From: Bifidobacterium breve
GTDB lineage: Bacteria > Actinomycetota > Acidimicrobiia > IMCC26256 > JAENVU01
Direction: 5' to 3'
DNA: 64,000 nucleotides
Assembly: GCA_945865605.1 (NCBI GenBank)
Contig: CAMBEL010000003.1
Coordinates: 3,480 to 67,479, forward strand
In this document: piece by piece, positions 40,414 through 50,738 of the stretch
Position numbering within the stretch: the stretch's first letter is position 1
Layout: the number at the start of each line of letters is the position of its first letter
The notes under the pieces: model-generated
Told to the model about the DNA's origin: nothing
Databases searched by the model: none
What the model saw: only the letters and a program-made list of their open reading frames with translations
Program-made: the position numbers and the translations under genes

Positions 40414-40461
40414 CGCGATTACTTCAGATTGTTGGGCTTGAAACATCTGGAGCAAATCGCG
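40414..40461. promoter_or_regulatory. Long interrupted hairpin between divergent pduO and metH
   Basis: CGCGATT/AATCGCG, CTTCAGA/TCTGGAG, TGTT/AACA stacked stems. Confidence 0.45.
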
Positions 40462-40523
40462 ATCATGAATATCGGACTTATTGACGAACGGGATTCGGCG
40501 CCTCCGGTAGCCTCTTGCTTCTA

Positions 40524-43500
40524 ATGGTTGACTTTCTTACAACACTTTCCGAGCGTGTCTTGGTACTAGACGGAGCCTTCGGCACTTGGGTACAGGATCG
40601 CGACTTGGGTCCAGAAGACTTCGGCGGCCCTGAACTCGAAGGCTGCAATGAGTATTTAGCGCTCACGCGTCCTGAGTTGATACGAGCCATGCACGATGAT
40701 TATTTGGCGGCTGGAGTGGACGCTGTTGAGACGGCGACTTTTGGCGCGTTTGGACTGGTTCTAGCCGAGTACGGCATCGCGGACAAGACCTTCGAACTCA
40801 ACGAGGCCGCTGCCCGTATCGCCAAAGAAGCAACGGAGGCATTCGCCACGCCGGATCACCCTCGATGGGTAATCGGGTCAATCGGTCCCGGCACGCGACT
40901 CCCATCGCTCGGCGCGATCAGTTTCGCTGCCCTGCGTGACGACTACCAGGTTCAAGTTTCCGGCCTACTCGCAGGCGGTGCCGATGTATTGCTGATCGAG
41001 ACGGTCTATGACCTCTTGCAAGCGAAGGCCGCTCTAATTGCATGTCGCCGAGCGATGAGTGATTACGGCCGTGAAATACCACTGATGGTGCAAGTCACGA
41101 TGGAAACGACGGGCCGCATGCTCGTTGGCTCAGAGATCGGTGCCGCGCTCAACGCTCTCGAGGCGATGCACCCCGATGTGATCGGCCTCAACTGTGCAAC
41201 CGGTCCAGCAGAGATGACAGAGCACCTCCGTTATCTCTCGCGTCATGCGCGTACATACCTGTCATGTCTTCCGAACGCAGGATTGCCTTCTGTAGTGGAT
41301 GGTCATACCCACTACGACCTGACGCCTTCCCAACTGGCAGATGCGCACGAACGCAATGTTTCGGAGTTCGGCATCAACATCGTCGGCGGCTGCTGCGGCA
41401 CAACACCCGCACACTTACGCGCAGTCGTCGACCGCATCGGCACGCGTGCTCCTACTCCTCGTACTACAGAGTTCGAGCCCGGATGCTCCAGCATCTATAG
41501 CCCCGTGACGTACGCGCAGGAACTTGCTTACCTCGCAATTGGAGAGCGAACGAATGCCAACGGTTCAAAGCGCTTCAGGGACGCGATGCTTGAAGAGGAC
41601 TGGGACGCGTGTGTGCAGATGGCGCGCGATCAGGTCAAAGAAGGCGCTCATGTACTCGACGTTTGTGTCGACTACGTGGGGCGCGACGGCACAGTCGACA
41701 TGGAGCAGATCGCTTCCCGTTTCGCGACCCAAGCGGCACTACCGCTCGTGCTCGACTCAACAGAACCCGAAGTTCTAGAGGTAGGCCTCCGTCACTCCGG
41801 CGGCAAGGCAATTCTCAACTCCGCAAATCTCGAAGATGGCGAACTACCTGGATCCCGCCTAGATCGCGTATTCACACTCGCTCAGGAATACGGCGCTGCG
41901 GTCATCTGCCTAGCCATCGATGAAGAAGGACAGGCGCGTGACGTTGATTGGAAGTTGCGCGTATGCAAACGGATCTATGACCTAGGAACCGAGCGCTACG
42001 GAATCGATCCGACCGACCTGATCTTCGACCCACTTACCTTCCCGCTCGGGTCTGGGCAAGAGGACCTCCGCCGCGATGCCATCGAGACAATCGACGCCAT
42101 TCGACGCATCAAGGCCGAACTCCCTGGTGCATCAACCGTTCTCGGGCTTTCGAACGTCAGCTTTGGACTGAAGCCCGCCGTTAGGCATGCCCTGAACAGT
42201 GTCTTCCTGCACGAATGTCGTGAGGCGGGCCTCGATGCAGCGATTGTGCATGCCGCGCGCATCATGCCGATGCACAAGATCGATGAGCGTGCACGTGAGG
42301 TAGCCCTCGACCTCGTTTACGACCGACGTGCAGCAGGGTATGACCCGCTAATCGAGTTCATGGCGCTTTTCGAAGGCGTCAACGCAGGCGAAGTTGAACG
42401 TGAAGATCGCTCGGGATGGACAGTCGAAGAGCGCTTGAAGCACCGGATTATCGATGGTGAACGCGAGGGAATCAATGAGGTACTCGACGAAGCCCTAAAC
42501 AGCGGACGCCCGGCGTTATCGATCGTCAATGACGTGTTGCTAGAGGGAATGAAGGTAGTAGGTGAACTCTTCGGTAGTGGCGAAATGCAACTGCCATTCG
42601 TGTTGCAAAGCGCCGAGACAATGAAGACCTCTGTCGCATATCTAGAACCGCACATGGAGAAAGACGAGGCTGGTGGCAAAGGCATCATTGTGATCGGCAC
42701 AGTGAAAGGTGATGTTCATGACATCGGCAAAAACCTCGTCGACATCATCCTCACCAACAACGGTTACGAAGTTCACAACATCGGGATCAAGGCACCTCTG
42801 CAAACATTTATCGACAAGGCCAACGAAGTCGGAGCCGACGCAATCGGGATGAGCGGACTGCTGGTAAAGAGCACGATCATCATGCGCGAGAACCTTCAGG
42901 AAATGAACAACCTTGACAACGCCAAGACGCCCGTGCTTCTCGGTGGAGCCGCTCTAACCCGCAACTACGTAGAGGTAGACCTCCGCGCCATTTATAACGG
43001 ACGGCTCTTCTATGGCAAGGACGCCTTCGAAGGGTTGCGCACAATGGACGCTCTCATGGATGGCAATCGATCTGGAACGCTTGATCCAGATTTCGGGCGC
43101 GCGCCAGGAGGACGCAAATTGCCGCCGCGCAAGTCCGAACTACACGCCGAAGAAATAGTCGTGCCAGCGCGCTCCGACGTCGCGTTGGACGTCCCAATCT
43201 TTAAGCCGCCGTTCATCGGGTCGCGCGTTGCAAAGGGCATCGCTCTTGACGAGATAGCGACATACATCAACGAGACCGCGCTGTTTCGCAACCAATGGCA
43301 GTTCCGACCCGAAGGCGGGGAGCCAGATGAGGAATTCAAAGCGCGGATACGGCCAACCCTTCGTGCTGAACTCGACTCCGCCAAGGCAAACGGCTGGCTG
43401 GAGCCCGCTGCAATCTGGGGCTACTACCCAGTTAATTCCGAGGGCGAGGACCTCATTGTTTGGAAGGACGACGAGCGGCGCGACGAATGGGTTCGATTCC

Positions 43501-43982
43501 ACTTCCCGCGTCAACGCAAAGACCGATTCCTCTGCATCTCAGACTTCTTCCGTCCTGTCGACTCCAACGAGACCGATTACGCGGCTTTCCATGTCGTCAC
43601 GGTCGGTGCAAGCGCTTCTGAACGCGAACGCGAACTTTTTGCCGCTGACCACTACCAGGAGTACCTCCTTTGCCATGGCCTCTCAGTCGAAATGACCGAG
43701 GCCCTCGCCGAGTTATGGCATCTACGAATACGCGAGGAATGGGGGTTTGCTGCCGAGGATGGACCGTCGTTGGCTGGTCTCTTTCGTCAGAAGTACCGCG
43801 GTTCTCGCTACTCGTGGGGCTACCCGGCCTGTCCAGACCTCGATGATCAAGCCAAACTCGACGAAATTCTCGGCCTATCGAAAATCGGCGTGCAGTTGAC
43901 TGAAGAGTTCCAACTTGAACCTGAACAAACCACGAGCGCGATCATTGTCCCGCACCCGGAAGCCAAGTACTTCGTGACGTAA
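40524..43982 (+). CDS. metH: Cobalamin-dependent methionine synthase
   Basis: LDGAFGT, GLNCATGP, GGCCGTTP, IGERTNANGS, GDVHDIGKN, RYSWGYPACPDL. Confidence 0.98.
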   Translation: MVDFLTTLSERVLVLDGAFGTWVQDRDLGPEDFGGPELEGCNEYLALTRPELIRAMHDDYLAAGVDAVETATFGAFGLVLAEYGIADKTFELNEAAARIAKEATEAFATPDHPRWVIGSIGPGTRLPSLGAISFAALRDDYQVQVSGLLAGGADVLLIETVYDLLQAKAALIACRRAMSDYGREIPLMVQVTMETTGRMLVGSEIGAALNALEAMHPDVIGLNCATGPAEMTEHLRYLSRHARTYLSCLPNAGLPSVVDGHTHYDLTPSQLADAHERNVSEFGINIVGGCCGTTPAHLRAVVDRIGTRAPTPRTTEFEPGCSSIYSPVTYAQELAYLAIGERTNANGSKRFRDAMLEEDWDACVQMARDQVKEGAHVLDVCVDYVGRDGTVDMEQIASRFATQAALPLVLDSTEPEVLEVGLRHSGGKAILNSANLEDGELPGSRLDRVFTLAQEYGAAVICLAIDEEGQARDVDWKLRVCKRIYDLGTERYGIDPTDLIFDPLTFPLGSGQEDLRRDAIETIDAIRRIKAELPGASTVLGLSNVSFGLKPAVRHALNSVFLHECREAGLDAAIVHAARIMPMHKIDERAREVALDLVYDRRAAGYDPLIEFMALFEGVNAGEVEREDRSGWTVEERLKHRIIDGEREGINEVLDEALNSGRPALSIVNDVLLEGMKVVGELFGSGEMQLPFVLQSAETMKTSVAYLEPHMEKDEAGGKGIIVIGTVKGDVHDIGKNLVDIILTNNGYEVHNIGIKAPLQTFIDKANEVGADAIGMSGLLVKSTIIMRENLQEMNNLDNAKTPVLLGGAALTRNYVEVDLRAIYNGRLFYGKDAFEGLRTMDALMDGNRSGTLDPDFGRAPGGRKLPPRKSELHAEEIVVPARSDVALDVPIFKPPFIGSRVAKGIALDEIATYINETALFRNQWQFRPEGGEPDEEFKARIRPTLRAELDSAKANGWLEPAAIWGYYPVNSEGEDLIVWKDDERRDEWVRFHFPRQRKDRFLCISDFFRPVDSNETDYAAFHVVTVGASASERERELFAADHYQEYLLCHGLSVEMTEALAELWHLRIREEWGFAAEDGPSLAGLFRQKYRGSRYSWGYPACPDLDDQAKLDEILGLSKIGVQLTEEFQLEPEQTTSAIIVPHPEAKYFVT

Positions 43983-43988
43983 GGGCGA

Positions 43989-44852
43989 CTAGGGAGTTAG
44001 CAGCGCCCGAGCTAACAGGTCGGTACCGAAGGCCGTGAGGACCGCCAAGTAAAGAAGTCCCGTTGCCGCCATGACCGCCGAATACGCGCGCTCACGCAAC
44101 GCGAGCCATGTTGCACCTAGCAAGGCGGTCGTGCCAAGAGCGCACACCACCCACATCCAACCTAGGAGGCCGTTGTAACCGTCGTCGACTGTCCCTGAAA
44201 GCACCGACAACATCCCAAGGGGAACAATCAATACGGTGACCTCAAGGGGCCAAATGATTGCGCTCGCGCACACGAGTTCCCGTAATAGTTCACGCGAGAG
44301 ACCCGGCTGGGTTAGGTACCAGTGGCCGAGCAACATGGCATCCAATATCGCTCCGAGGAACGCCGCACCCACGAGCAACCGCACTGCACTCAACCACCAA
44401 GATCCACCGGTAAACGTCGCCGCGCCGAGCAACGCGAACATGCCGAAGACAGGCGCGATCAGATCCAGCGAAGGAGGGAATTCTCTGCCGACATCTACCC
44501 CCTTTGACTCCGCATCACCTCCACCCACCATTGCGGCAACCCGCGCTACCCGCCGCGCACGCAACTCACGCTTTCTCGCGACACCAGCGTTTCGACGCAG
44601 CACACTCACCAGCGTGGCTACCGAGGCACCTACGACCATGCCTGCCGTACCGACAAGAAAAACCAACTGGCCGTTTCCGGCATGGTCCGCATGGGTTTCG
44701 AGAATTATCGACGCGACAGCAAGCACACCGAATACACCGCGAAGTAGCCACCCGTATCCGAGGCTCACTAGCCGTCTCCTTGATGTCACCCAAAGAAACG
44801 CGAGTCCACCAGCGGCCATCTGCGTAAGAAAAGTTGCTAGCTCCAGATTCAC
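43989..44852 (-). CDS. Hypothetical multi-pass membrane protein
   Basis: ~7-8 hydrophobic segments; DAMLLGHWYL and YSAVMAATGLLY motifs; downstream of lipBA. Confidence 0.8.
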   Translation of the reverse strand: MNLELATFLTQMAAGGLAFLWVTSRRRLVSLGYGWLLRGVFGVLAVASIILETHADHAGNGQLVFLVGTAGMVVGASVATLVSVLRRNAGVARKRELRARRVARVAAMVGGGDAESKGVDVGREFPPSLDLIAPVFGMFALLGAATFTGGSWWLSAVRLLVGAAFLGAILDAMLLGHWYLTQPGLSRELLRELVCASAIIWPLEVTVLIVPLGMLSVLSGTVDDGYNGLLGWMWVVCALGTTALLGATWLALRERAYSAVMAATGLLYLAVLTAFGTDLLARALLTP

Positions 44853-44879
44853 AGTTCGTTCAAAACTCCTGGCGTGTCA

Positions 44880-46475
44880 TCAAGACACAGCAAGCGCCAC
44901 AGATTGCTCTGCTACGGCAGCAGCTCCTGCGCGAGCGTGGTAACTCGATCGCACCAATGGCCCACTCTCGACATGCGCGAATCCAAGGCCGCGCGCATAG
45001 TCGCCAATCGCTTCAAACTCATCGGGTGTCCACCAGCGCGCAACTGGGAGATGATCGATCGACGGTCTCAAGTACTGCCCAAGCGTGAGGATCTCCACAC
45101 CCACCGCGCGTAAATCTGCAATCGCACCATGAAGTTCGGCCTCGGTCTCACCCATTCCCATGATGATCCCGGATTTCGTGACGAACCCTGCATCCTTAGC
45201 TCTTGCCAAGAGTGCGAGCGACCGCGCGTAGCCAGCGGACGGTCGGGCAGCGCGCTGCAATCGGGCAACTGTCTCTAAGTTGTGATTACAAATAGCCGGA
45301 CGCGCTCGTAGCAGCGTCGCGAGCGAATCAGCATCGCCTTTGAAGTCCGGAATCAACACTTCGATTGTCGTAGTCGGGTTACCCCTTGCTACCGCTTCGA
45401 CGGTCGAGGCGAATGCTTCGGCTCCCCCGTCCGGCAGATCGTCACGCGCGACGCTTGTCAGCACAGCATGCGCAAGGCCCAAACGCGCGACGGCCGCGGC
45501 CACTCTGGCTGGCTCTTCATGGTCAAGCGCTATTGGCCGTCGGCTATCGACGAGACAGAACCCGCATGCGCGAGTACACCGATCGCCGAGAATCATGAAA
45601 GTGGCGGTGTGTTGCGCCCAGCACTCATAGATGTTCGGACAGCGCGCCTCCTCGCAGACCGTATGTAGTTCTTCCTCACTCACCAAGGCCTTCAACTCGC
45701 GATAACCCGATCCGAGATCTGCGCGGACCTTCATCCACTCTGGCCTTCGGAATGTGTCGCGCGCCGCTCCAGCGGGCGGGACCCGATCTCGCGGTTGATA
45801 CTCCCATGCAACATCTGCACGATCCAAGGTTCTGTCCGGACTCGCGTCGGAGTCTTCTCCACCAAACATCTCAGCGAATACTTCGGAACACAGATCAACG
45901 ACAGCTTTCATCGACGGTGGGTTGTCAAGTTGAGATGCAATAGATGTAACGCCGCGCCCTTCGATACCGCAGGGAACAATGTGATCGAACATCGCAAGAT
46001 CGGGATTGACGTTGAGCGCAAAACCGTGCATCGTGCGCCCCCGCGCGACCCTCACGCCGATTGCTGCGATCTTCTCGCCACCTACCCACACACCCGTTAG
46101 CCCGTCCTCGCGTACACCTTGTACGCCCAGACGAGATAACACTTCAATGAGCAAAGCTTCAAGACGTCGTACATGCGCAACGACGTCTCGCATTCCGGCT
46201 GGCGATTCATTGAGAGTCACAATCGGATAACCAACTAGTTGACCCGGTCCGTGGTACGTGACGTCGCCTCCACGATCGACTTGAACCAGTTGCGCACCAA
46301 CACCCGCTGGCAGCGAGATCACATTTGCCTTACTGCCTCGTTTCCCTATCGTGAAAACATGTTCGTGCTCAAGAAGTAACAAGTAATCATCGCTGCTGCG
46401 CGAATGGAACGCCCGTTGAAGATCGATCGCTTCTCCATATTTGACCCGCCCGAGCCATCTAATTCGTAGGGTCAT
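44880..46475 (-). CDS. lipA: Fused octanoyltransferase LipB - lipoyl synthase LipA
   Basis: N-half LLLEH, RGGDVTYHGPGQLVGYP, KIAAIG, HGFALN, IVPCG; C-half CEEARCPNIYEC, CTRACGFC, GQYL, RSSY. Confidence 0.95.
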   Translation of the reverse strand: MTLRIRWLGRVKYGEAIDLQRAFHSRSSDDYLLLLEHEHVFTIGKRGSKANVISLPAGVGAQLVQVDRGGDVTYHGPGQLVGYPIVTLNESPAGMRDVVAHVRRLEALLIEVLSRLGVQGVREDGLTGVWVGGEKIAAIGVRVARGRTMHGFALNVNPDLAMFDHIVPCGIEGRGVTSIASQLDNPPSMKAVVDLCSEVFAEMFGGEDSDASPDRTLDRADVAWEYQPRDRVPPAGAARDTFRRPEWMKVRADLGSGYRELKALVSEEELHTVCEEARCPNIYECWAQHTATFMILGDRCTRACGFCLVDSRRPIALDHEEPARVAAAVARLGLAHAVLTSVARDDLPDGGAEAFASTVEAVARGNPTTTIEVLIPDFKGDADSLATLLRARPAICNHNLETVARLQRAARPSAGYARSLALLARAKDAGFVTKSGIIMGMGETEAELHGAIADLRAVGVEILTLGQYLRPSIDHLPVARWWTPDEFEAIGDYARGLGFAHVESGPLVRSSYHARAGAAAVAEQSVALAVS

Positions 46476-47695
46476 CTGAGTTCTGATTCCCAGTCGCGGG
46501 TTTCAAGAATGTCCCGAATCGTTCGCAGGAAGGTCGCTGCGTAGGCACCATCAAACGCGCGGTGATCCCATGTCAATGCGAGCACACCAATCGGGTGCAC
46601 CGCAATCAGATCATCGCCGTCCGGACCTTCGAGAGCCACCGGCTTCTTTCGAATTGAGTCGGTCGCGAGTATCGCTACCTGCGGTTGATTGATGATCGGC
46701 AGTGTCATGAATGTCCCGAACGGACCCATGTTGGTAATTGTAAATGTGCCACCCAATATCTCATCAGGTTCTAGCCGTTTTGATCTTGCCCTCGTCGCCA
46801 GATCGCGGATCTCGCGAGCCAGTGGTCGCAGGCCGCGTCCTGATGCGTTGCGAACGATAGGTGCAACTAGACCTTTGAAGTCGAGGTCAACCGCCAATCC
46901 AACATTGAATTCGGCGTGGACGACGAGCGATTCACCTTCAATGCTGGCGTTAACACGCGGGAACTCCCTCGCGGCTTCGCAAAACGCTCGCACTATGAAT
47001 GGTAGGTAGGTAAGCGAAAACCCTTCGGCCGTTTTCCACGCGTCCTGATAAGCCGACCTCAGGTGTTCGATTCGTTCGTAATCAACTTCTATCGACGTGT
47101 ACACGTGCGCGCTTGTTGCTTTAGAGCGCACCATGTGGTCCGCTGTGCGGCGGCGAATGTTGTCAAACGGAATGTGATCATCATCTGGTGGCCGCGTAGC
47201 AACATCGGGTTCATCGACGCCCTCCCCTGTGCCGCCAGCAGCATCGAGCACGTCACGACGGGTTATTCGACCCGCCTCGCCAGTTCCGATGATCGTCGTG
47301 ACGTCCAGGCCATGCTCAACAATCAGGCGGCGCACTACCGGCGAGGTAACGCGATCATCGTACGGACTTGTAGATGGGTCCGCTTGTTCGTCTGCTTGAA
47401 CATTTGAAATGTCGCCCTGCAGCGGCACCGTGTCGATCGTCTCATCGATCGATCCTCCAGGCGCGGAGTCCTGAATTACTGCCAGCCGCGTACCGACTCC
47501 AATTGTCTCGCCTTCCTCGACGAAAATCTCAACGAGAATTCCAGCCGCAGGTGAAGGCACCTCTGAATCAACCTTGTCCGTCGAAACTTCATATAGCGGC
47601 TCGTCCAACGCGACTGAGCCGCCTACTGGAACTAGCCAACTGGTGATCGTCGCCTCGGTAACCGTTTCGCCTAGTTGCGGCAGGATGACATCCAT
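46472..47695 (-). CDS. 2-oxoacid dehydrogenase E2 (dihydrolipoamide acyltransferase, DlaT/SucB-like)
   Basis: Lipoyl domain STDKVDSEVPSP, E3-binding GTGEAGRITRRDV, catalytic DHRAFDG. Confidence 0.93.
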   Translation of the reverse strand: MDVILPQLGETVTEATITSWLVPVGGSVALDEPLYEVSTDKVDSEVPSPAAGILVEIFVEEGETIGVGTRLAVIQDSAPGGSIDETIDTVPLQGDISNVQADEQADPSTSPYDDRVTSPVVRRLIVEHGLDVTTIIGTGEAGRITRRDVLDAAGGTGEGVDEPDVATRPPDDDHIPFDNIRRRTADHMVRSKATSAHVYTSIEVDYERIEHLRSAYQDAWKTAEGFSLTYLPFIVRAFCEAAREFPRVNASIEGESLVVHAEFNVGLAVDLDFKGLVAPIVRNASGRGLRPLAREIRDLATRARSKRLEPDEILGGTFTITNMGPFGTFMTLPIINQPQVAILATDSIRKKPVALEGPDGDDLIAVHPIGVLALTWDHRAFDGAYAATFLRTIRDILETRDWESELR

Positions 47696-47705
47696 GGGTA
47701 ATCGC

Positions 47706-49088
47706 CTACCCGTGGAGGCCGCGGCCGGTTAGCGCCATGGCGCTCTCTCCGAAAAGTTCGGAAAGGGTCGGGTGCGCGTGGATGAGCGCGCCGATGTCGG
47801 CGGCTGTTGCTTCCCAACTGACTGCGAGGTAACCCTCTGCAAGCAATTCGGTCGCCCATGGTCCAGCGAAGTGCACTCCAAGAATCGGTCCATCGCGCTC
47901 GGCAACAATCTTCACCAAACCGTCGGTCTCACCCATGAGAATCGCTCGGCTGTTTCCGCCAAAGCGGTGCACGGAAGTGACGACGTCGTATCCACGCTCG
48001 CGCGCATCCGCTTCGGTCAATCCACTGAACGCAACCTCAGGATGGCAATAAATCCCCCACGGGACCTTGTCGTAATCAATCGGCTTCGCTTCCTCACCAA
48101 GAATGTCCTTGATTGCGACGATCGCCTCAGCGAACCCAACATGAGCCAAGGCTGGTGTATCAACAAGATCGCCAACCGCGTAGACGTTCGGGATTGTTGT
48201 ACGCATGTGCGCATCAACCACTACATGCCCACCGATTCCCAATGCGATTTCCGGTGCCTCGATCTGGATACCTTCTGATCGAGGGCTCCTCCCCACGCAA
48301 ATAATGACAGCATCGACTTCGAGCGAGACCCCATTTCCGTCGAGTGTGTAATTAACCGTCGGGCATGATTCTCCGTCAACACCTTCGACACGAACATTTG
48401 TGAGCACCTTGATCCCGCGGCGTCTGAACGCACGAGCAACGACGTCGGCAGCCTGAGGATCTACCCCCGGGAGGATTGCAGGAAGTGCTTCCAGAATCGT
48501 GACTGCACTACCGACATCCGCGAGGTACGACGCGAACTCGCAACCGATCGCTCCGCCGCCAATGATTGCCGTTCGTTGTGGAACGCGGTCGAGCTCCAAG
48601 ACGTGATCTGAAGACAGGATCCTCTCGCCGTCGAATTCAATACCCGGTAGCACACGCGGAGTCGATCCTGTTGCCAAGATAAGCGCGTCGCCAGTCAGTT
48701 CAGTTCCTGCCACCGTCACCCGCTGCGCACTCGCAGCGACTATCGATCCAACTCCGGGAAACACCGTTACGTTTCGTCCCGCGAGTAACGACTCCAGACC
48801 CTTAGTCAGCTTGTCGATCACCTGTTGCTTGCGCGCCATGCTCGCTGGAAGGTCAAGAGTTGGCTCGCCTACTTGAATCCCAAAATCTTTCGCTCCGCGA
48901 ACCGTGCGTAATACCTCGGCGGTCTGCAACAGTTCCTTGGCTGGAATACAACCGCGGTGTAGGCAGGTGCCTCCAACTTTTTCCGCTTCGACCAGCGCGA
49001 TGTTCAGACCTGCAGCCGCGCCATAGAGCGCGGCTCCGTATCCGCCAGGCCCACCACCAAGAACCACCACATCAAAGTGTTCGGTCAC
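47706..49088 (-). CDS. lpdA: Dihydrolipoamide dehydrogenase
   Basis: GGGPGGY, GGTCLHRGCIP, GGGAIGCE, HPTLSE; start set at GTG 49088. Confidence 0.96.
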   Translation of the reverse strand: MTEHFDVVVLGGGPGGYGAALYGAAAGLNIALVEAEKVGGTCLHRGCIPAKELLQTAEVLRTVRGAKDFGIQVGEPTLDLPASMARKQQVIDKLTKGLESLLAGRNVTVFPGVGSIVAASAQRVTVAGTELTGDALILATGSTPRVLPGIEFDGERILSSDHVLELDRVPQRTAIIGGGAIGCEFASYLADVGSAVTILEALPAILPGVDPQAADVVARAFRRRGIKVLTNVRVEGVDGESCPTVNYTLDGNGVSLEVDAVIICVGRSPRSEGIQIEAPEIALGIGGHVVVDAHMRTTIPNVYAVGDLVDTPALAHVGFAEAIVAIKDILGEEAKPIDYDKVPWGIYCHPEVAFSGLTEADARERGYDVVTSVHRFGGNSRAILMGETDGLVKIVAERDGPILGVHFAGPWATELLAEGYLAVSWEATAADIGALIHAHPTLSELFGESAMALTGRGLHG

Positions 49089-49138
49089 GTCCACATCCTC
49101 ATCTTCACCTGTAAAGACATTCTCGCCCAATTAGCCAT

Positions 49139-49228
49139 TCATCTCGCCATGAGTATCTGCATAACGCCTGCCGCCAAGATCAAGGCCGCTACAGCGATCG
49201 CGACCGCAATCAGTGTCCGTGTCTTCAT
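49139..49228 (-). CDS. Possible 29-aa single-TM microprotein
   Basis: MKTRTLIAVAIAVAALILAAGVMQILMAR; upstream of and co-oriented with lpdA. Confidence 0.45.
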   Translation of the reverse strand: MKTRTLIAVAIAVAALILAAGVMQILMAR

Positions 49229-49389
49229 ACCGACATATTCGCACCGTGGACCCGGATCCTGCCGAAACCGCCACTATGCTCAAAATCGCCCACCGGGCCA
49301 GAAGAATCCGGAATATCCGCCGCAACCAAAACACGTCGGACGATGATCTTGTCGCCACCCACCGCTACAACAGGATCAAAACCACGGCC

Positions 49390-50718
49390 ATGAAAGCCCA
49401 CGCGAACAAGTTCATCGATAGAGCTCGCGATGTCGCGCCAGAGGGAACATTTGCCGTTGGCGCGGGACTAATTGTCGCCGCCATCACCGCCTACGTATTC
49501 GTCATCGTCGCCCTCAACTCCTTGGTGGGCGCCAACAAGGCCGCGTTTTCGGCATTCTGGGCGTTCATCTTCGTGGCGGGGCCCGGCCTCTTCTTGCCGA
49601 TTGAACAGGAGGTAGGACGCGCACTCGCATCACGCCGAGCGAAGGGCCTAGGTGGAAAACCGCTTGTGATGCGCGCGGCGCAACTGGGTGGAGTGCTAAC
49701 CGCAGGAATGGTCATAATCACGCTCGTCGCTGCCCCGCTTTATGTTGACGGCCCATTCCAAGGAGACTGGCTATTAGTCGTCAGCCTCGCAATAGGGCTC
49801 GTCGGTTTCTACGCGATGCATCTCACCCGCGGCACATTGTCAGGCAACGGACGGTTCCGACCATACGGAGAAATGCTCGCGGCCGAAGGGGTGGCGCGTC
49901 TAGCCGGTGCAATTGTTTTGGCATCCTTGGGCACCGACAACGCCGGTGCATACGGAATGTGTATCGCGCTCGCTCCGTTCGTCGCAGTTCTCTTTGCTCT
50001 CCGCGGACAACGCGGGCTTCTACTCCCAGGGCCAACCGCACCGTATTCGGAGTTGTCCAATTCGCTCGGCTGGCTGCTCGCTGGTTCCGTTTTAATGCAA
50101 CTCCTCGCATACTCAGCGTTGTTAGGAATCAGTTTCCTTGAAACCGGGGAAGACAAGGCGGCGGCAGCCGCTTTCGCTTCGGCATTCTTTGTTGCGCGCA
50201 TTCCGGTATTGCTGTTCCAAGCCGTGCAAGGGACGCTGCTTCCGAAGTTGGCAAGCCTGGCCGGTGCCGGGAGACAGAATGATTTCCTCACAGGTCTAAA
50301 ACAGTTACTGATAGTGGTGACCGGAATTGCTGCGATTGGAACGGTGGCAGCCTTCACAATCGGTCCTGCAGTTGGAAAAATATTGTTCAAAGACTTCACG
50401 ATCGACAATCGCGACCTAGGGCTCCTTGCGCTTGGCAGCGGTGTGTTCATAATCGCTCTGACGATCGCACAAGCATTGATCGCTCTTCGTGGGCATCGCG
50501 CTGCAGCATTGGCATGGGCGCTCGGCGTCGTCGGTTTCTTGGTCGGGACAGCATTGGTCGATGGGCTTCCTTTGGAGGTGGAGATTGGGTTTGTCGCCGG
50601 CGCAGTCATCGCCACCGTCGCTATGGCTACGAGCCTCGCGTTGCGTATGCGCAAGGGCATCCCAGACGGCATCGAGCCGTTGATCACCGCGATCGAACAC
50701 GAACCGCTCGAGATCTAG
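49390..50718 (+). CDS. Polysaccharide flippase-like (Wzx/MOP) membrane protein
   Basis: ~12-14 hydrophobic segments, FLPIEQEVGR, LFQAVQGTLLPKL; heads a GT cluster. Confidence 0.78.
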   Translation: MKAHANKFIDRARDVAPEGTFAVGAGLIVAAITAYVFVIVALNSLVGANKAAFSAFWAFIFVAGPGLFLPIEQEVGRALASRRAKGLGGKPLVMRAAQLGGVLTAGMVIITLVAAPLYVDGPFQGDWLLVVSLAIGLVGFYAMHLTRGTLSGNGRFRPYGEMLAAEGVARLAGAIVLASLGTDNAGAYGMCIALAPFVAVLFALRGQRGLLLPGPTAPYSELSNSLGWLLAGSVLMQLLAYSALLGISFLETGEDKAAAAAFASAFFVARIPVLLFQAVQGTLLPKLASLAGAGRQNDFLTGLKQLLIVVTGIAAIGTVAAFTIGPAVGKILFKDFTIDNRDLGLLALGSGVFIIALTIAQALIALRGHRAAALAWALGVVGFLVGTALVDGLPLEVEIGFVAGAVIATVAMATSLALRMRKGIPDGIEPLITAIEHEPLEI

Positions 50719-50738
50719 TGCGCCGTTAGGATCTCTGT

